This document shows positions 1 to 10,116 of a stretch of DNA of 32,000 bases, one piece after another. The DNA comes from Methanothermobacter thermautotrophicus str. Delta H. Lineage in GTDB: Archaea > Methanobacteriota > Methanobacteria > Methanobacteriales > Methanothermobacteraceae. The notes beneath the pieces were generated by a model that searched no databases, was not told the DNA's origin, and was given only the letters and a program-made list of their open reading frames with translations. How positions within the stretch are numbered: the stretch's first letter is position 1; every line of letters begins with the position of its first letter. The stretch spans positions 1,530,001 through 1,562,000 of the forward strand of contig NC_000916.1 of assembly GCF_000008645.1 (NCBI RefSeq), given 5' to 3'. Position numbers and translations under genes: made by a program.

Positions 1-2
1 TT

Positions 3-539
3 CTAGGAGTTTATTGTTGTGGTTTTTATGGAGTCGAATCCGTTATTCTCATAGAGACTGAGTTCGTCCTTTATCTCCTGTATTATTTCAGAGTTATCCA
101 TGAACTCCATTTTTGAACCACATTCAGGGCATGTGAAGTTTTCTTCTGTGGCCTCATCAAAGGTGAATCTGTAGTGCCCATTTACACATACAAAGAACAT
201 GTTGTTTTCCTCAAACTCAAGGGCTTCCCTCAGCTTTCTTACTATCTCGCTGTGCTTCCTTTTTATCATCTCTGTAACCTTCTCAGGCTCAAATTTCCAG
301 GTGTAGGTGTACCACTGTGTTTCGGGGTCCTTGCTCCTCTTGTAACTTGCCACACCTGCATCATAGAGCCTGTAGAGTATCCTCCTGACTATGTTGAGTT
401 TAAGCTGCGTTTTCTCTGATATCTCCTCATCTGTTACCTTGCCCTTCATGAGGCACTCCAGAACTGGTATGGCCTCTTCCTCTTCTTCTTCAGTGATAAC
501 TTCATGGATCAACTCTTGTAACACCTGTTCATCAATCAA
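3..539 (-). CDS. tfe: Transcription factor E (TFE, archaeal TFIIE-alpha homologue)
   Basis: 178-aa ORF with a winged-helix-like N-terminal part ([16 protein letters not shown]...YTYTW) and a C-terminal Zn-ribbon (CVNGH...CPEC). TTG start at 537-539 with GGAGGA 6 nt upstream. Stop at 3-5. Confidence 0.85.
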
Positions 540-687
540 TTGAAATCCTCCAGCTTGAAAAATAACTGCATACCGGGTATGCTGATCATCAAATTTTTTG
601 AGTGCACTCCAATTTATGTGCCTAATCTTATTTAAAATTTTATAAAGGGGCCAGTTTAATACGAAAATTGTTTATCATATGAGTTTA

Positions 688-1527
688 TCATGGAGGTCTT
701 ACAATAACCGCCGGTGTGTGCTCAACCGAGGATAGCATCTCCACTGTGATATTCCCTGGTCTGCCACTGAATTCCCTGGCCATATCATAGACCGTTGCCC
801 TCTCTGTATTCCTGCGGTGGTATTCCTCTGCAGCTGATGCAACCTCAAGGAGCACCTCCAGTTTCACGGGCCTTGAGGATGCAAGGGGTGTGGGCCAGGT
901 TCTTCCAGAGAACCGCCCTGCAAGGTAACCCAGGAATCCTGTATCTGACCTTATGCCAGGCACTGAAAGGGGGAGGGAGGTGAAGTATCTTCCAAGTATA
1001 CTGTAGGTTGCATCGGTATCGATTATAACCGTGGTAACATCTGCACCGAACCTCCGCAGGATCTCACCGGCAATAAGATTTGCCACCCCAGATGGGTTTT
1101 CAGGTAGAAGTGAAACAAGGGTCCCCGGCACATTACTCAGATCAATACCGGCCTCGGAAGCCGGCTTAAGGGCGTGTTTAAGTCCATAGTATCTCAGAAC
1201 AACCTCCTTATGGGCCCTTGCCTCTGGCGGCAGTCTTCTGAGGTTCCTTATGGTCCTCCTCTTCATGCCGAGGATCGGGCCCAGGAGGTAGCCCCAGATG
1301 TACTTTGACCAGATATCTGCCAGCAGCACTGCAGTTATGGATGGTTCGAAACGGGATTCATCGACCAGGTTTCCCTGGGCGACCGAGACCGGTGTCTCTG
1401 AGATGACAAGAAAATCTCCATCCCGGGCAAGCTCACCGGCCCTCTCGATGATCTCTGAGAAACCTGCACCCGGTTCTATGTAACCCGTCACCACGGGCAC
1501 TGTCCTGTACTCAGGGGACATTTTCAT
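688..1527 (-). CDS. CofE-fold (F420-0:gamma-glutamyl ligase-like) protein, function unknown
   Basis: The ORF track gives 688..1551. I prefer the ATG at 1525-1527 ([12 protein letters not shown]...) because it forms an ATGA stop/start overlap with the upstream Fe-S gene. CofE-like motifs by eye ([19 protein letters not shown]). Confidence 0.6.
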   Translation of the reverse strand: MKMSPEYRTVPVVTGYIEPGAGFSEIIERAGELARDGDFLVISETPVSVAQGNLVDESRFEPSITAVLLADIWSKYIWGYLLGPILGMKRRTIRNLRRLPPEARAHKEVVLRYYGLKHALKPASEAGIDLSNVPGTLVSLLPENPSGVANLIAGEILRRFGADVTTVIIDTDATYSILGRYFTSLPLSVPGIRSDTGFLGYLAGRFSGRTWPTPLASSRPVKLEVLLEVASAAEEYHRRNTERATVYDMAREFSGRPGNITVEMLSSVEHTPAVIVRPP

Positions 1528-2201
1528 CTGGCCTTCACTGGTGGTGCCCATACCTTGAGGTCTATTCCCTCTATAACAGCCCTTCTACCCTCAAGCTGGA
1601 CAACAACTCCTGAGTGGACCTTCTGCATCATGCAGTGGGCTGGCAGGAAACGTACGGTTTCACCGATATTCGGTAGCTCACCCTCGATCACACCCTCAAA
1701 GCCACCAACCATGCAGACTCCGATGTCCCTGTATTCAAAGTCATCCATGCCGAGGCGGTGGCATGGTCCAACGATGTGCACCGTTATGAGGCCATGGTTC
1801 TCATCCAGTATCTCTGCAAAGTGGGTTATTGGACATCCAAGGGGTCTGTATCTGATTATATCCCCCTTCCGCAGTTCAGTGGACGTGAATGGGAAGAGGA
1901 TCTCCCGGCAGGAGCCCTCATCGGGCAGCGGTTTCAGTATGAAGTCGGCCTCGTATCCGTCAAGGACACCGAAGATCTTCTTCTCCTCCTCAAGGAGTTT
2001 CTCCTCCTTAAGGATGTCCTGGAGTCTTTTCAGGTTATCGGCAAAGAGTTCCTGGTACATGAAGTGGCATCTGTCGATCTCAGCCCTTCCCTTGAGCAGA
2101 GCGGCCGCATACTCATCACACCTTGCATAGCCACAGATCCCGCAGTTGTATCCTGGGAGCAGAGCAGTTACCTCTTCTTTAAGGGATTTATCCTGGGACA
2201 T
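1524..2201 (-). CDS. Fe-S protein with an RnfB/corrinoid-FeS-protein-type N-terminal 4Fe-4S domain, function unknown
   Basis: 225-aa ORF. N-terminal [32 protein letters not shown] matches the LPxxNCGxCGxxxC...C putative Fe-S cluster domain. The C-domain is Cys/His-rich (GCPITH, GPCHR, AHCMM). GGAGAGGA RBS lies in the 16-nt gap upstream. Confidence 0.6.
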   Translation of the reverse strand: MSQDKSLKEEVTALLPGYNCGICGYARCDEYAAALLKGRAEIDRCHFMYQELFADNLKRLQDILKEEKLLEEEKKIFGVLDGYEADFILKPLPDEGSCREILFPFTSTELRKGDIIRYRPLGCPITHFAEILDENHGLITVHIVGPCHRLGMDDFEYRDIGVCMVGGFEGVIEGELPNIGETVRFLPAHCMMQKVHSGVVVQLEGRRAVIEGIDLKVWAPPVKAR

Positions 2202-2217
2202 CTGAAAGATCCTCTCC

Positions 2218-2928
2218 TCATTCTCCTTCGTAGGTCTGGAAGCCGTCTATTCTCCTGAGTATTCCCCTGTGATGCTTCTTGTTAACCCTTGTCTCACCGA
2301 CACAGAGTGTGCACACTGCCAGGGGTGCTGAGTGCCGGAGCTCCTCGTTTTCAAGGGAAACCTCCCTGCTTTCGATCATCTCCTCTGCAAGTTCCATGCA
2401 TCCCTGCCCGCTGAGGCCATTGGCCTCTATTATCTTTGCTGAGGGGTTAACCTCCAGTATGCGCTCCCTGAATATCTCCCTCTCTGCCTGGGATATCATG
2501 TCTCCCTTGGTCACCACCGCGATATCGGCGGTTGAGAGGAAAGGACCAACCTTAAGGGGAGTGTTTGGTCCGCTGGTGGCGTCTATGACACATACTCCCA
2601 GACAGTTCTTTGTGTAGGGGGCGCAGCGGTGACATAGCCCTGCTGTTTCGACGATCAGGAAGTCTGACTCGTTCTTCTCAGCCCACTTTATCATGTCGTC
2701 TATGTTGTAGATGGCGTAGTGGTCCGGGCACATGTCCATTGACAGGCCAACCAGTGTTGGCACCCCGACCTTCTCAAATTTCTTATCGTCGTCGGTGTAT
2801 AGGCAGTCTATCTTTACAACGGATGACTTCAATCCCCTTGATTTGAGGCTCCTGAGGGTGTGCATCAGCACCGCTGTTTTTCCAGATCCAGGTGTTCCGG
2901 CAACAATTACCATTCTCATAGGTTTCAC
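2218..2928 (-). CDS. P-loop NTPase, G3E (HypB/UreG/CobW)-like putative metallochaperone
   Basis: 236-aa ORF. Walker A GTPGSGKT, switch/Walker [12 protein letters not shown] with a Cys-His-x-Cys motif, NKxD-like TKGD, and C-terminal CTLC...KKHH. Confidence 0.6.
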   Translation of the reverse strand: MKPMRMVIVAGTPGSGKTAVLMHTLRSLKSRGLKSSVVKIDCLYTDDDKKFEKVGVPTLVGLSMDMCPDHYAIYNIDDMIKWAEKNESDFLIVETAGLCHRCAPYTKNCLGVCVIDATSGPNTPLKVGPFLSTADIAVVTKGDMISQAEREIFRERILEVNPSAKIIEANGLSGQGCMELAEEMIESREVSLENEELRHSAPLAVCTLCVGETRVNKKHHRGILRRIDGFQTYEGE

Positions 2929-2969
2929 TTCTCTCTCCTGAATTAGGCCTTATCCTTCAGATCCATATC

Positions 2970-3755
2970 TTACTGGGACTCATTTATTATTTCGCTCAGG
3001 TCTATGTCCTCAACCAGCTCACCCCTCCGGACCTTTTCACGGAGGCTGAGCATTAGTTCATCTATCTTGTTCAGTTCCCGGGATATTCTCTTCTCCTGGG
3101 GGGTTGTGGTGACTATCTTCTGCATACCACCGTGCTTCATGACGATCCTCTTATCGGTCATGAGTGCAAGTACAGGGTCATGGGTTACAACAAGGACGAT
3201 CTTTCCATGCCCTGCCAGCACATTGAGGGCGTCGTGCTTCCTTATACCCGCATTCTCAATTTCGTCTATGAGTACAATGGGGGAGTCACTTATTATCGCC
3301 ACGTCTGCAACCATCAATGCCCGTGACTGACCCCCGCTGAGTATTGTGAGGTCATGCTCCTTTTTGATGGGCTCTCCTGTGAGGGTGTTTGCAAGTTCAA
3401 TGACGCGGTCCACACACTTCTCACTGGCGCCCCTGCACTTGGCATGAAGGCTCAGGAAATCTCCCACAGTCATATCGGCCAGGAAGTTCATGTTCTGTGA
3501 TAGCTGGGCGACCATCTTTTTCCGGGGATTTGTTCGGTCCTCATAGCTTGGCTCTTCATCGTTCACAAGGATCTTCCTCTTTGAGAAGGTGTCCATCTGG
3601 GCCAGCTGTTCAATATCTCCTATAAGTGAACTTTTACCACTGCCTGTGGGACCAACAACTCCAAATATTTCACCCTTCTTTATTTCAACCCGCTCTACGG
3701 GCTCCTTTTCTCCGAACTTATCATAACCGCCGATTACAGTAATTTTCTCTATCAT
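2970..3755 (-). CDS. Soluble ABC-type ATPase (no permease partner in the operon)
   Basis: 261-aa ORF. Walker [10 protein letters not shown], signature LSGGQSRAL, Walker B VLIDEIE, H-loop VTHD. ATG 3753-3755 overlaps the comA stop (TAATG). Confidence 0.8.
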   Translation of the reverse strand: MIEKITVIGGYDKFGEKEPVERVEIKKGEIFGVVGPTGSGKSSLIGDIEQLAQMDTFSKRKILVNDEEPSYEDRTNPRKKMVAQLSQNMNFLADMTVGDFLSLHAKCRGASEKCVDRVIELANTLTGEPIKKEHDLTILSGGQSRALMVADVAIISDSPIVLIDEIENAGIRKHDALNVLAGHGKIVLVVTHDPVLALMTDKRIVMKHGGMQKIVTTTPQEKRISRELNKIDELMLSLREKVRRGELVEDIDLSEIINESQ

Positions 3756-4531
3756 TAAAGATTCACCTTTCCGAGAGTGTCTCCCCTCAAGCCTCTGCGT
3801 ATTGTTTCAAGGGCTGTTATCTCTTCAGGGGGTATGTTTCCAAGGTTAACATCTGGTCCAATCTTTAAAATGAAGTAAACCTGCTGACTTTTCTGAGGCG
3901 CCTCCCATATTATCCTGTCCATGGGGAGTCTGTCAGTGAGGTGGTTGAATTCGTCCTCCCTTATGTTTCCCCTCTCATCGTATATACCTATGTTCTGTCC
4001 GCTCTCACGGGCCTCCATGAGAACCATTGATGCGCCTGCCCTGAGGTCAGCCCTCACAAGTCTGACCCTATCATCGGGTTCGAGGAGCCTGTCCCTTTCA
4101 GGATCCTTTTTACCGACCTCTGATAGGACCATGAATCCCTCATCGACAGCCATTTCAATGAGCCGGCATTTTTCTTCAGTTTCAATTTCCACAGTCCCGT
4201 TTGATATCTCAAGTGTTTCAAAGCCAAGGCTACGGGCCTCCTGGAAGTATTCCTCCACTTTATCGTTGAGATGGGCTATCTCGAATAGCGTGCCCCCTGG
4301 ATAGGGTTCCACATCGAATGACCTGTACATATCTACCTTTTCCTTTACAGTGTCGCGTCTGTGGAGGGGGAGTGTTCCCCATCCAAACTTTATGAAGTCA
4401 ACGTAATCTGATGATATCTCCATGAGGTCACGGGCGCTTGCGGGACCCATTCCCTTATCAAGAACCATGGTTATTCCATTTTTTCGAGGTTTCCCACTCC
4501 TTGGGGGGGTGAGAAAATCAAAGGCGTTCAT
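3755..4531 (-). CDS. comA: (2R)-phospho-3-sulfolactate synthase (coenzyme M biosynthesis, first step)
   Basis: 258-aa ORF, recognised as ComA family ([25 protein letters not shown]...FIKFGWGT...). AAGGTGAT RBS upstream of the ATG at 4531. Confidence 0.85.
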   Translation of the reverse strand: MNAFDFLTPPRSGKPRKNGITMVLDKGMGPASARDLMEISSDYVDFIKFGWGTLPLHRRDTVKEKVDMYRSFDVEPYPGGTLFEIAHLNDKVEEYFQEARSLGFETLEISNGTVEIETEEKCRLIEMAVDEGFMVLSEVGKKDPERDRLLEPDDRVRLVRADLRAGASMVLMEARESGQNIGIYDERGNIREDEFNHLTDRLPMDRIIWEAPQKSQQVYFILKIGPDVNLGNIPPEEITALETIRRGLRGDTLGKVNL

Positions 4532-4682
4532 AACATCACCTTCTGTTTGAGTCAGAAATAACGGGATCCATATTAATTAGGATTCATATGTTTACTACCT
4601 TTATAAAAATTTTTCCTATACCTGCCATAAATATATCCAAATATAATTTGAGATCAGGTATATATAAGTAGGTGGTGTTTTC

Positions 4683-5243
4683 ATGGAGAAGAAGATATGC
4701 TACTTTGAGGAACCAGGTAAGGAAAATACAGAGAGGGTCCTTGAACTTGTAGGGGAGAGGGCTGACCAGCTCGGAATCAGGAATTTTGTTGTGGCATCTG
4801 TTTCAGGTGAGACAGCCCTGAGATTATCTGAAATGGTTGAAGGTAACATTGTATCAGTAACCCATCATGCAGGTTTCAGGGAGAAGGGTCAACTTGAACT
4901 GGAGGACGAGGCAAGGGATGCGCTCCTTGAGAGGGGTGTGAATGTTTATGCGGGTTCACATGCCCTCAGTGGCGTTGGAAGAGGGATATCAAACAGGTTT
5001 GGTGGTGTCACACCCGTGGAGATAATGGCTGAAACCCTGAGGATGGTCTCCCAGGGATTCAAGGTATGTGTTGAGATAGCCATAATGGCTGCAGATGCTG
5101 GCCTCATCCCCGTTGATGAAGAGGTTATAGCCATAGGTGGGACAGCATGGGGTGCTGACACCGCCCTTGTACTCACACCCGCCCATATGAACAGTGTATT
5201 CGACCTCAGGATCCATGAGGTAATTGCCATGCCCAGGCCATAA
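4683..5243 (+). CDS. Pyruvate kinase C-terminal (alpha/beta) domain-like protein, function unknown
   Basis: 186-aa ORF with a strong SD (AGGTGGTG) 5-6 nt upstream. The family assignment is by recollection of archaeal PK_C-like single-domain proteins. Confidence 0.5.
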   Translation: MEKKICYFEEPGKENTERVLELVGERADQLGIRNFVVASVSGETALRLSEMVEGNIVSVTHHAGFREKGQLELEDEARDALLERGVNVYAGSHALSGVGRGISNRFGGVTPVEIMAETLRMVSQGFKVCVEIAIMAADAGLIPVDEEVIAIGGTAWGADTALVLTPAHMNSVFDLRIHEVIAMPRP

Positions 5244-5423
5244 CTTTTTCATAACATGTCATGATGGGGGGTCCCGCCCAGATTCATGATATTCATGGCC
5301 ACGTGGACCATCAATAATTTTATTTTGCCCCAACCTTGAGCCGGTATTTTCAGAGGTCACAGAAATTGATTTTTAATTTTGAATGTGAGCCATGGCTCCA
5401 TCGGTGCCAGATTAACCGTTGCT

Positions 5424-5432
5424 TTTAAATAT
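5424..5432 (+). promoter_or_regulatory. Candidate TATA box for ftsZ
   Basis: TTTAAATAT in an AT-rich context, about 50 nt upstream of the TTG start, with the SD in the predicted leader. Confidence 0.35.
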
Positions 5433-5478
5433 GTCTTATCACAATAACATATTTCATAGATAAGTGTGGGGGTAGTAA

Positions 5479-6624
5479 TTGAAATTCATTAACGATGCCA
5501 TAAAGGAATCTGAGAAAAGGGAAAAGCCATCTTCCAGCTCAATGAATTCAGAAATTGACAGGGAACTCCGGGAAATAATTGAAAATAGCAGAGCCAAGAT
5601 ATACGTTGTTGGGACCGGCGGGGCGGGCAACAACACCGTAACAAGGCTCAGTGAGATTGGAGTAGAGGGCGCTGAGACCATAGCCGTTAACACAGATGCC
5701 CAGGACCTCTTTTACTCCGTGGCTAACCGGAAGCTTCTCATAGGTAAGAATGTCTGTGGTGGTCTTGGAGCTGGCGGCGTCCCTGAAGTGGGAGAGGAAT
5801 GCGCAGAGGAAAGTGAGGATGATATTCGCAGGGAACTCGAAGGGGCTGACATGGTCTTTGTAACCTGTGGCCTTGGGGGTGGCACGGGAACAGGGTCCGC
5901 ACCTGTGATATCAAAACTTGCCAAAAAGGCGGGTGCCCTCACGATAGCCGTTGCAACCATGCCCTTCAGTGCAGAGGGCCTTAAAAGGAGGGAGAATGCT
6001 GAGAGGGGTCTTGAGAAACTCCAGAGCGCTGCAGATACAGTCATTGTCATACCCAATGACAAGCTACTGGAGGTTGCACCCAACCTGCCCCTCAACAAGG
6101 CCTTCATGGTTGCAGACGAGATCCTTGGAAGGGCGGTTAAGGGTATAACTGAACTCATAACCAAACCCGGACTGGTGAGCCTCGACTTTGCGGATGTGAG
6201 GAGCATAATGAAGGGTTCAGGAATGGCCATGATTGGAATGGGCGAGGCCGAATCCGGTGACAGGGCCCTAGAATCAGTTTATGAGGCCCTTAACAGTCCG
6301 CTGCTGGATCTTGACATATCCAATGCAAGGGGAGCCCTTATAAACATATCTGGTAGTTCAGACCTGACCCTCCAGGAGGCCGAAAGGATCGTGGAGGTTG
6401 TTGCCGAGGAACTTGATCCCGATGCAAACATAATATGGGGTGCCCAGATTCAGGATGAACTGCAGAACGTCATAAGAACGACCATCGTTGTTGCGGGTGT
6501 AAGGTCACCCTACATCTATGGGGCCCATGGCTCTGCAGAGAAGGAGTTCCTGGAGGAAAAACAGCGTGAAAAGGACTCAGTCGATGAGTCCGTCCTGGAA
6601 GAATTTATAGATGGAGTATTCTGA
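5479..6624 (+). CDS. ftsZ: Cell division GTPase FtsZ
   Basis: 381-aa ORF with tubulin signature GGGTGTG and N-terminal [13 protein letters not shown] start ([10 protein letters not shown] resembles methanogen FtsZ N-termini) with a GGGGGT SD upstream. Confidence 0.95.
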   Translation: MKFINDAIKESEKREKPSSSSMNSEIDRELREIIENSRAKIYVVGTGGAGNNTVTRLSEIGVEGAETIAVNTDAQDLFYSVANRKLLIGKNVCGGLGAGGVPEVGEECAEESEDDIRRELEGADMVFVTCGLGGGTGTGSAPVISKLAKKAGALTIAVATMPFSAEGLKRRENAERGLEKLQSAADTVIVIPNDKLLEVAPNLPLNKAFMVADEILGRAVKGITELITKPGLVSLDFADVRSIMKGSGMAMIGMGEAESGDRALESVYEALNSPLLDLDISNARGALINISGSSDLTLQEAERIVEVVAEELDPDANIIWGAQIQDELQNVIRTTIVVAGVRSPYIYGAHGSAEKEFLEEKQREKDSVDESVLEEFIDGVF

Positions 6625-6657
6625 TATTCTTCCACACACCCCCACTCAAGGAAAACC

Positions 6658-6672
6658 TTTATAAATCTTGAA
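6658..6672 (+). promoter_or_regulatory. Candidate BRE/TATA promoter for secE-spt5-rpl11 (TTTATAAATCTTGAA)
   Basis: TTTATAAA box preceded by a purine-rich GAAAACC, 73 nt upstream of the secE ATG. The same 15-mer recurs at 7946-7960. Confidence 0.45.
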
Positions 6673-6744
6673 GGATAGATTACTCCATCACTCATCCCAA
6701 TCCTAGCCCTTGTTTTTTAACTATATAAATAGCGGGGATAAACC

Positions 6745-6924
6745 ATGAAATACAGGGAGTCTATTTTAAATTTTATAAAACAGTCAAAGAGGGTATTGAG
6801 GGTTTCAAAGAAACCGAGCCGTGAGGAATACCTCAACGTGTCAAAGGTAACCGGTATAGGTATAATAATAATAGGCGTCATTGGATTCATAATAAGTATA
6901 ATTGCCCAGCTCCTCGGGGGCTAG
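6745..6924 (+). CDS. secE: Protein translocase subunit SecE / Sec61-gamma
   Basis: Not in the ORF track (59 aa). Own translation: [59 protein letters not shown]. It has a basic N-terminus plus a single C-terminal TM helix, and sits in the conserved position directly upstream of spt5/nusG-rpl11. Confidence 0.7.
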   Translation: MKYRESILNFIKQSKRVLRVSKKPSREEYLNVSKVTGIGIIIIGVIGFIISIIAQLLGG

Positions 6925-6980
6925 CATCTGGATGGGTTAAGGTCTGTAGAGTGAATTATATATATGAGGTTGTGTTCTTA

Positions 6981-7460
6981 ATGGAAGATAGTAAAAATTC
7001 CATCTATGCCCTTAAGACCTCTGTGGGTCAGGAGAAAAATGTGGCCAGGATGCTTGCAAGAAAGGTTAGGGATAGTGGTATAGAGATAAACGCTATTCTT
7101 GTCCCGGAATCACTGAGGGGATACATCCTGGTGGAGTCCTCATCAAAGATTGACATGAGAAACCCTGCAATAAGGGTACCCCACCTCAGGGGTGTAGTTG
7201 AAAGTAAAACAGAGGGTGAGGCCGAGATCGACTTTGAAGAGGTTAAAAGGTTCCTCAAGCCAGAGCCCATAATATCATCCATTAAGAAGGGAAGCATTGT
7301 TGAACTCATATCCGGACCCTTTAAGGGTGAAAGGGCAAAGGTTATCCGCATAGATGAGTCAAGGGAGGAAGTTGTACTTGAACTCATAGAGGCGGCCGTG
7401 CCCATTCCAGTAACTGTTAAAGGTGATCAGATTAGAATAATACAAAAGGAGGCTGATTAA
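6981..7460 (+). CDS. spt5: Transcription elongation factor Spt5 (archaeal NusG)
   Basis: NGN domain ([15 protein letters not shown]) and KOW motif ([18 protein letters not shown]). I prefer the ATG at 6981 (GAGGT 10 nt upstream) over the track start at 6951. The stop overlaps the rpl11 ATG (TAATG). Confidence 0.9.
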   Translation: MEDSKNSIYALKTSVGQEKNVARMLARKVRDSGIEINAILVPESLRGYILVESSSKIDMRNPAIRVPHLRGVVESKTEGEAEIDFEEVKRFLKPEPIISSIKKGSIVELISGPFKGERAKVIRIDESREEVVLELIEAAVPIPVTVKGDQIRIIQKEAD

Positions 7461-7942
7461 TGGCTAAAGAAACCGTTGAAATTCTTATTGATGGTGGAAA
7501 AGCCACTCCAGGACCACCTCTGGGTCCTGCGATTGGTCCGCTTGGAATTAACATGATGCAGGTAGTTGAGGAGATAAACCGCAAGACAGCTGACTTTGAG
7601 GGGATGAAGGTCCCTGTAAAGATCATAGTGGACACTGATACAAGGGACTTTGAGGTTGAAGTGGGTACCCCTCCAACAACTGCCCTCATCATGGATGAAC
7701 TCAAGCTGGAGAAGGGGTCCCAGGATCCAGGGATGGATAAGATAGCAGACATTTCAATGGAACAGGTGCTGAAGATCGCCAGGATGAAATTCGATGCGCT
7801 CCTCTCAAATGACTACAAACGTGCAGTCAAGGAGATAATGGGTACCTGTGTCAGCATGGGTATAACAGTGAACGGTAAGGACCCCCGTGAGGTTCAGAGG
7901 GAGGTTGACCAGGGAGTCTATGATGACCTCCTCACATCATAA
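7460..7942 (+). CDS. rpl11: 50S ribosomal protein L11 (uL11)
   Basis: 160-aa ORF with a typical uL11 N-terminus ([20 protein letters not shown]). Confidence 0.95.
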   Translation: MAKETVEILIDGGKATPGPPLGPAIGPLGINMMQVVEEINRKTADFEGMKVPVKIIVDTDTRDFEVEVGTPPTTALIMDELKLEKGSQDPGMDKIADISMEQVLKIARMKFDALLSNDYKRAVKEIMGTCVSMGITVNGKDPREVQREVDQGVYDDLLTS

Positions 7943-7945
7943 AAA

Positions 7946-7960
7946 TTTATAAATCTTGAA
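7946..7960 (+). promoter_or_regulatory. Candidate BRE/TATA promoter for rpl1-rplP0-rpl12 (TTTATAAATCTTGAA)
   Basis: Identical 15-mer to 6658-6672, preceded by an A-rich BRE-like tract, 60 nt upstream of the rpl1 ATG. Confidence 0.45.
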
Positions 7961-8019
7961 AACCACATAACTAACCCCATCATATGAACTTATTTTTTGA
8001 AGTTCATGGAGGATTCAGA

Positions 8020-8658
8020 ATGCAACAAGAGATAATGGAAGCGGTGAAGAAGGCCAAGGAACTTTCAAGGCCGAGAAACTTCACACAGTCCATGGATGTT
8101 ATTCTTAACATCAAGGACCTTGACGTCAATAAACCAGAGAACAGGTTTGACGAGGAAGTTTCTCTACCCAACGGCCGCGGTAAGGATGTGAAGATTGCCG
8201 TGATCGCCGATGGGGAACTGGCCCTCCAGGCTAAAAATGCAGGGGCCGACCTTGTGATAACCAAGGATGAACTTGAAGAACTTGGCAAAAACCGTAAGGA
8301 AGCAAAGAAACTTGCCAACCAGTATGAATTCTTTGTGGCTCAGGCAGATATGATGCCCCTGGTGGGTCGATTCATGGGGCCCGTTCTCGGACCCAGAAAG
8401 AAGATGCCCAAACCGGTGCCAGCAACAATAAACCCGGAGCCCATCCTGAATAAACTCAGGGACACGGTTAAGGTTAGAATCAAGGACCAGCCAGTGGTTC
8501 ATACAGTGGTTGGTACCGAGGACATGGACGATGAGAAGCTTGCCGAGAACATAGAGGCGGTTCTTCAGACAATCGACCGTAAACTTGAGAAGGGAAGAAA
8601 CCAGTTAAAGTCCATGTACGTTAAGACAACCATGGGCCCGGTAGTGAGGGTGATTTAA
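8020..8658 (+). CDS. rpl1: 50S ribosomal protein L1 (uL1)
   Basis: uL1 sequence ([11 protein letters not shown]...). ATG at 8020 with GGAGGA 6 nt upstream; the track start at 7984 is an upstream in-frame extension. Confidence 0.95.
   Translation: MQQEIMEAVKKAKELSRPRNFTQSMDVILNIKDLDVNKPENRFDEEVSLPNGRGKDVKIAVIADGELALQAKNAGADLVITKDELEELGKNRKEAKKLANQYEFFVAQADMMPLVGRFMGPVLGPRKKMPKPVPATINPEPILNKLRDTVKVRIKDQPVVHTVVGTEDMDDEKLAENIEAVLQTIDRKLEKGRNQLKSMYVKTTMGPVVRVI
8044..8084 (+). promoter_or_regulatory. Putative L1 autoregulatory mRNA helix (23S rRNA L1-site mimic) inside the rpl1 5' coding region
   Basis: GUGAAG (8044-8049) pairs with CUUCAC (8079-8084), and GGCC (8052-8055) with GGCC (8069-8072), leaving GAGAAA unpaired. 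This closely resembles the Methanococcus L1 mRNA operator (..GUGAAGGAGGC...GCCGAGAAACUUCAC..) as I recall it, at the same codons (VKxAKEL..PRNFT). Confidence 0.5.
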
Positions 8659-9669
8659 ATGGCTCACGTGGCTGAATGGAAGAAGAAAGAGGTTCAGGAG
8701 CTCCATGACCTTATTAAAGGTTATGAAGTGGTTGGTATAGCCAACCTTGCAGACATACCTGCAAGGCAGCTCCAGAAGATGCGCCAGACACTCCGTGACA
8801 GTGCACTCATCAGAATGTCCAAGAAGACCCTGATCAGCCTTGCCCTTGAGAAAGCTGGCAGAGAACTTGAAAATGTTGATTCACTCTCCGATTACATGGA
8901 GGGGCAGCCTGCACTCATATTCACAGACATGAATCCCTTCAAGCTCTTCAAGATCCTTGAGGACAGTAAAACTCCTGCTCCAGCCAAACCAGGGGCCATA
9001 GCCCCGGATGACATAGTTGTCCCCAAGGGGGATACCGGATTTGCACCGGGCCCGATACTGGGTGAACTGCAGCAGATAGGTATCCCTGCCAAGATCGAGA
9101 AGGGCAAGATTGTGGTTTCAAATGACCACGTCGTTGTGAAGGCAGGGGAGGAGATTCCCCCCAAGGTGGCCGGGATATTAACCAGACTTGACATACAGCC
9201 ACTTGAGGTGGGAATAGATCTCAGAGCAGCCTATGAAAATCAGACCGTCTACACTGCAGACGTACTGACCATCGATGAAGAGAAGACCCTGTCTGATATC
9301 CAGAAGGCATTTTCACAGGCATTCAACCTCTCAGTCAACGCTGTTATATACACCAGGGAGACAATGCCTGCTATCATCCAGAAGGCAGCTTCAAAGTCAT
9401 TCAACCTTGCATACAATGCATCAATACTCACATCAGAAACAACAGACCTCCTGCTTGCAAAGGCCTATGCACAGATGCTTGCACTGGCCGCTGCAGCTGC
9501 GGAGATTAATGATGAGGCAGTTGATGATGAACTGAAGGAGAAGCTGTCTTCAAGGGCAGCAGCACCAGCCCCTGAAGAAAAAGAGGAAGAGGTTGAAGAA
9601 GAAGCTGAAGAGGAAGAAGAAGAGGAAGAAGAGGATGCAGCAGCCGGTCTCGGCGCACTCTTCGGATGA
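8659..9669 (+). CDS. rplP0: 50S ribosomal stalk protein P0 (uL10)
   Basis: 336-aa ORF with the archaeal P0 architecture and an acidic tail ending [10 protein letters not shown]. Confidence 0.95.
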   Translation: MAHVAEWKKKEVQELHDLIKGYEVVGIANLADIPARQLQKMRQTLRDSALIRMSKKTLISLALEKAGRELENVDSLSDYMEGQPALIFTDMNPFKLFKILEDSKTPAPAKPGAIAPDDIVVPKGDTGFAPGPILGELQQIGIPAKIEKGKIVVSNDHVVVKAGEEIPPKVAGILTRLDIQPLEVGIDLRAAYENQTVYTADVLTIDEEKTLSDIQKAFSQAFNLSVNAVIYTRETMPAIIQKAASKSFNLAYNASILTSETTDLLLAKAYAQMLALAAAAAEINDEAVDDELKEKLSSRAAAPAPEEKEEEVEEEAEEEEEEEEEDAAAGLGALFG

Positions 9670-9721
9670 ACACTTTACTGGCAATAGTTAACCCATAAAA
9701 AATAAAATTTGAGGTGATCAT

Positions 9722-10027
<306 letters not shown>

Positions 10028-10034
10028 ATCCCCC

Positions 10035-10045
10035 TTTATTTTTTT
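10035..10045 (+). terminator. Oligo-T archaeal terminator after rpl12
   Basis: TTTATTTTTTT begins 8 nt after the rpl12 stop; more T-runs follow (10072-10080). Confidence 0.55.
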
Positions 10046-10097
10046 CCTCTGCCACTCTGTAATGGCAAAAAATTTATTTTTCTTAATTCTGATTCTA

Positions 10098-10107
10098 TTT
10101 ATAAAAA
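10098..10107 (+). promoter_or_regulatory. Candidate TATA box for alaS
   Basis: TTTATAAAAA lies 10 and 19 nt upstream of the two candidate ATGs, with no SD. This geometry suggests a leaderless or near-leaderless transcript. Confidence 0.4.
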
Positions 10108-10116
10108 CTGTTTTCA

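Noticed and set aside
5261-5317. An 18-aa His-rich mini-ORF (MMGGPAQIHDIHGHVDHQ) downstream of the PK_C-like gene.
   Set aside because: There is no SD or promoter context, it is very short, and there is no supporting conservation evidence available from the sequence alone.
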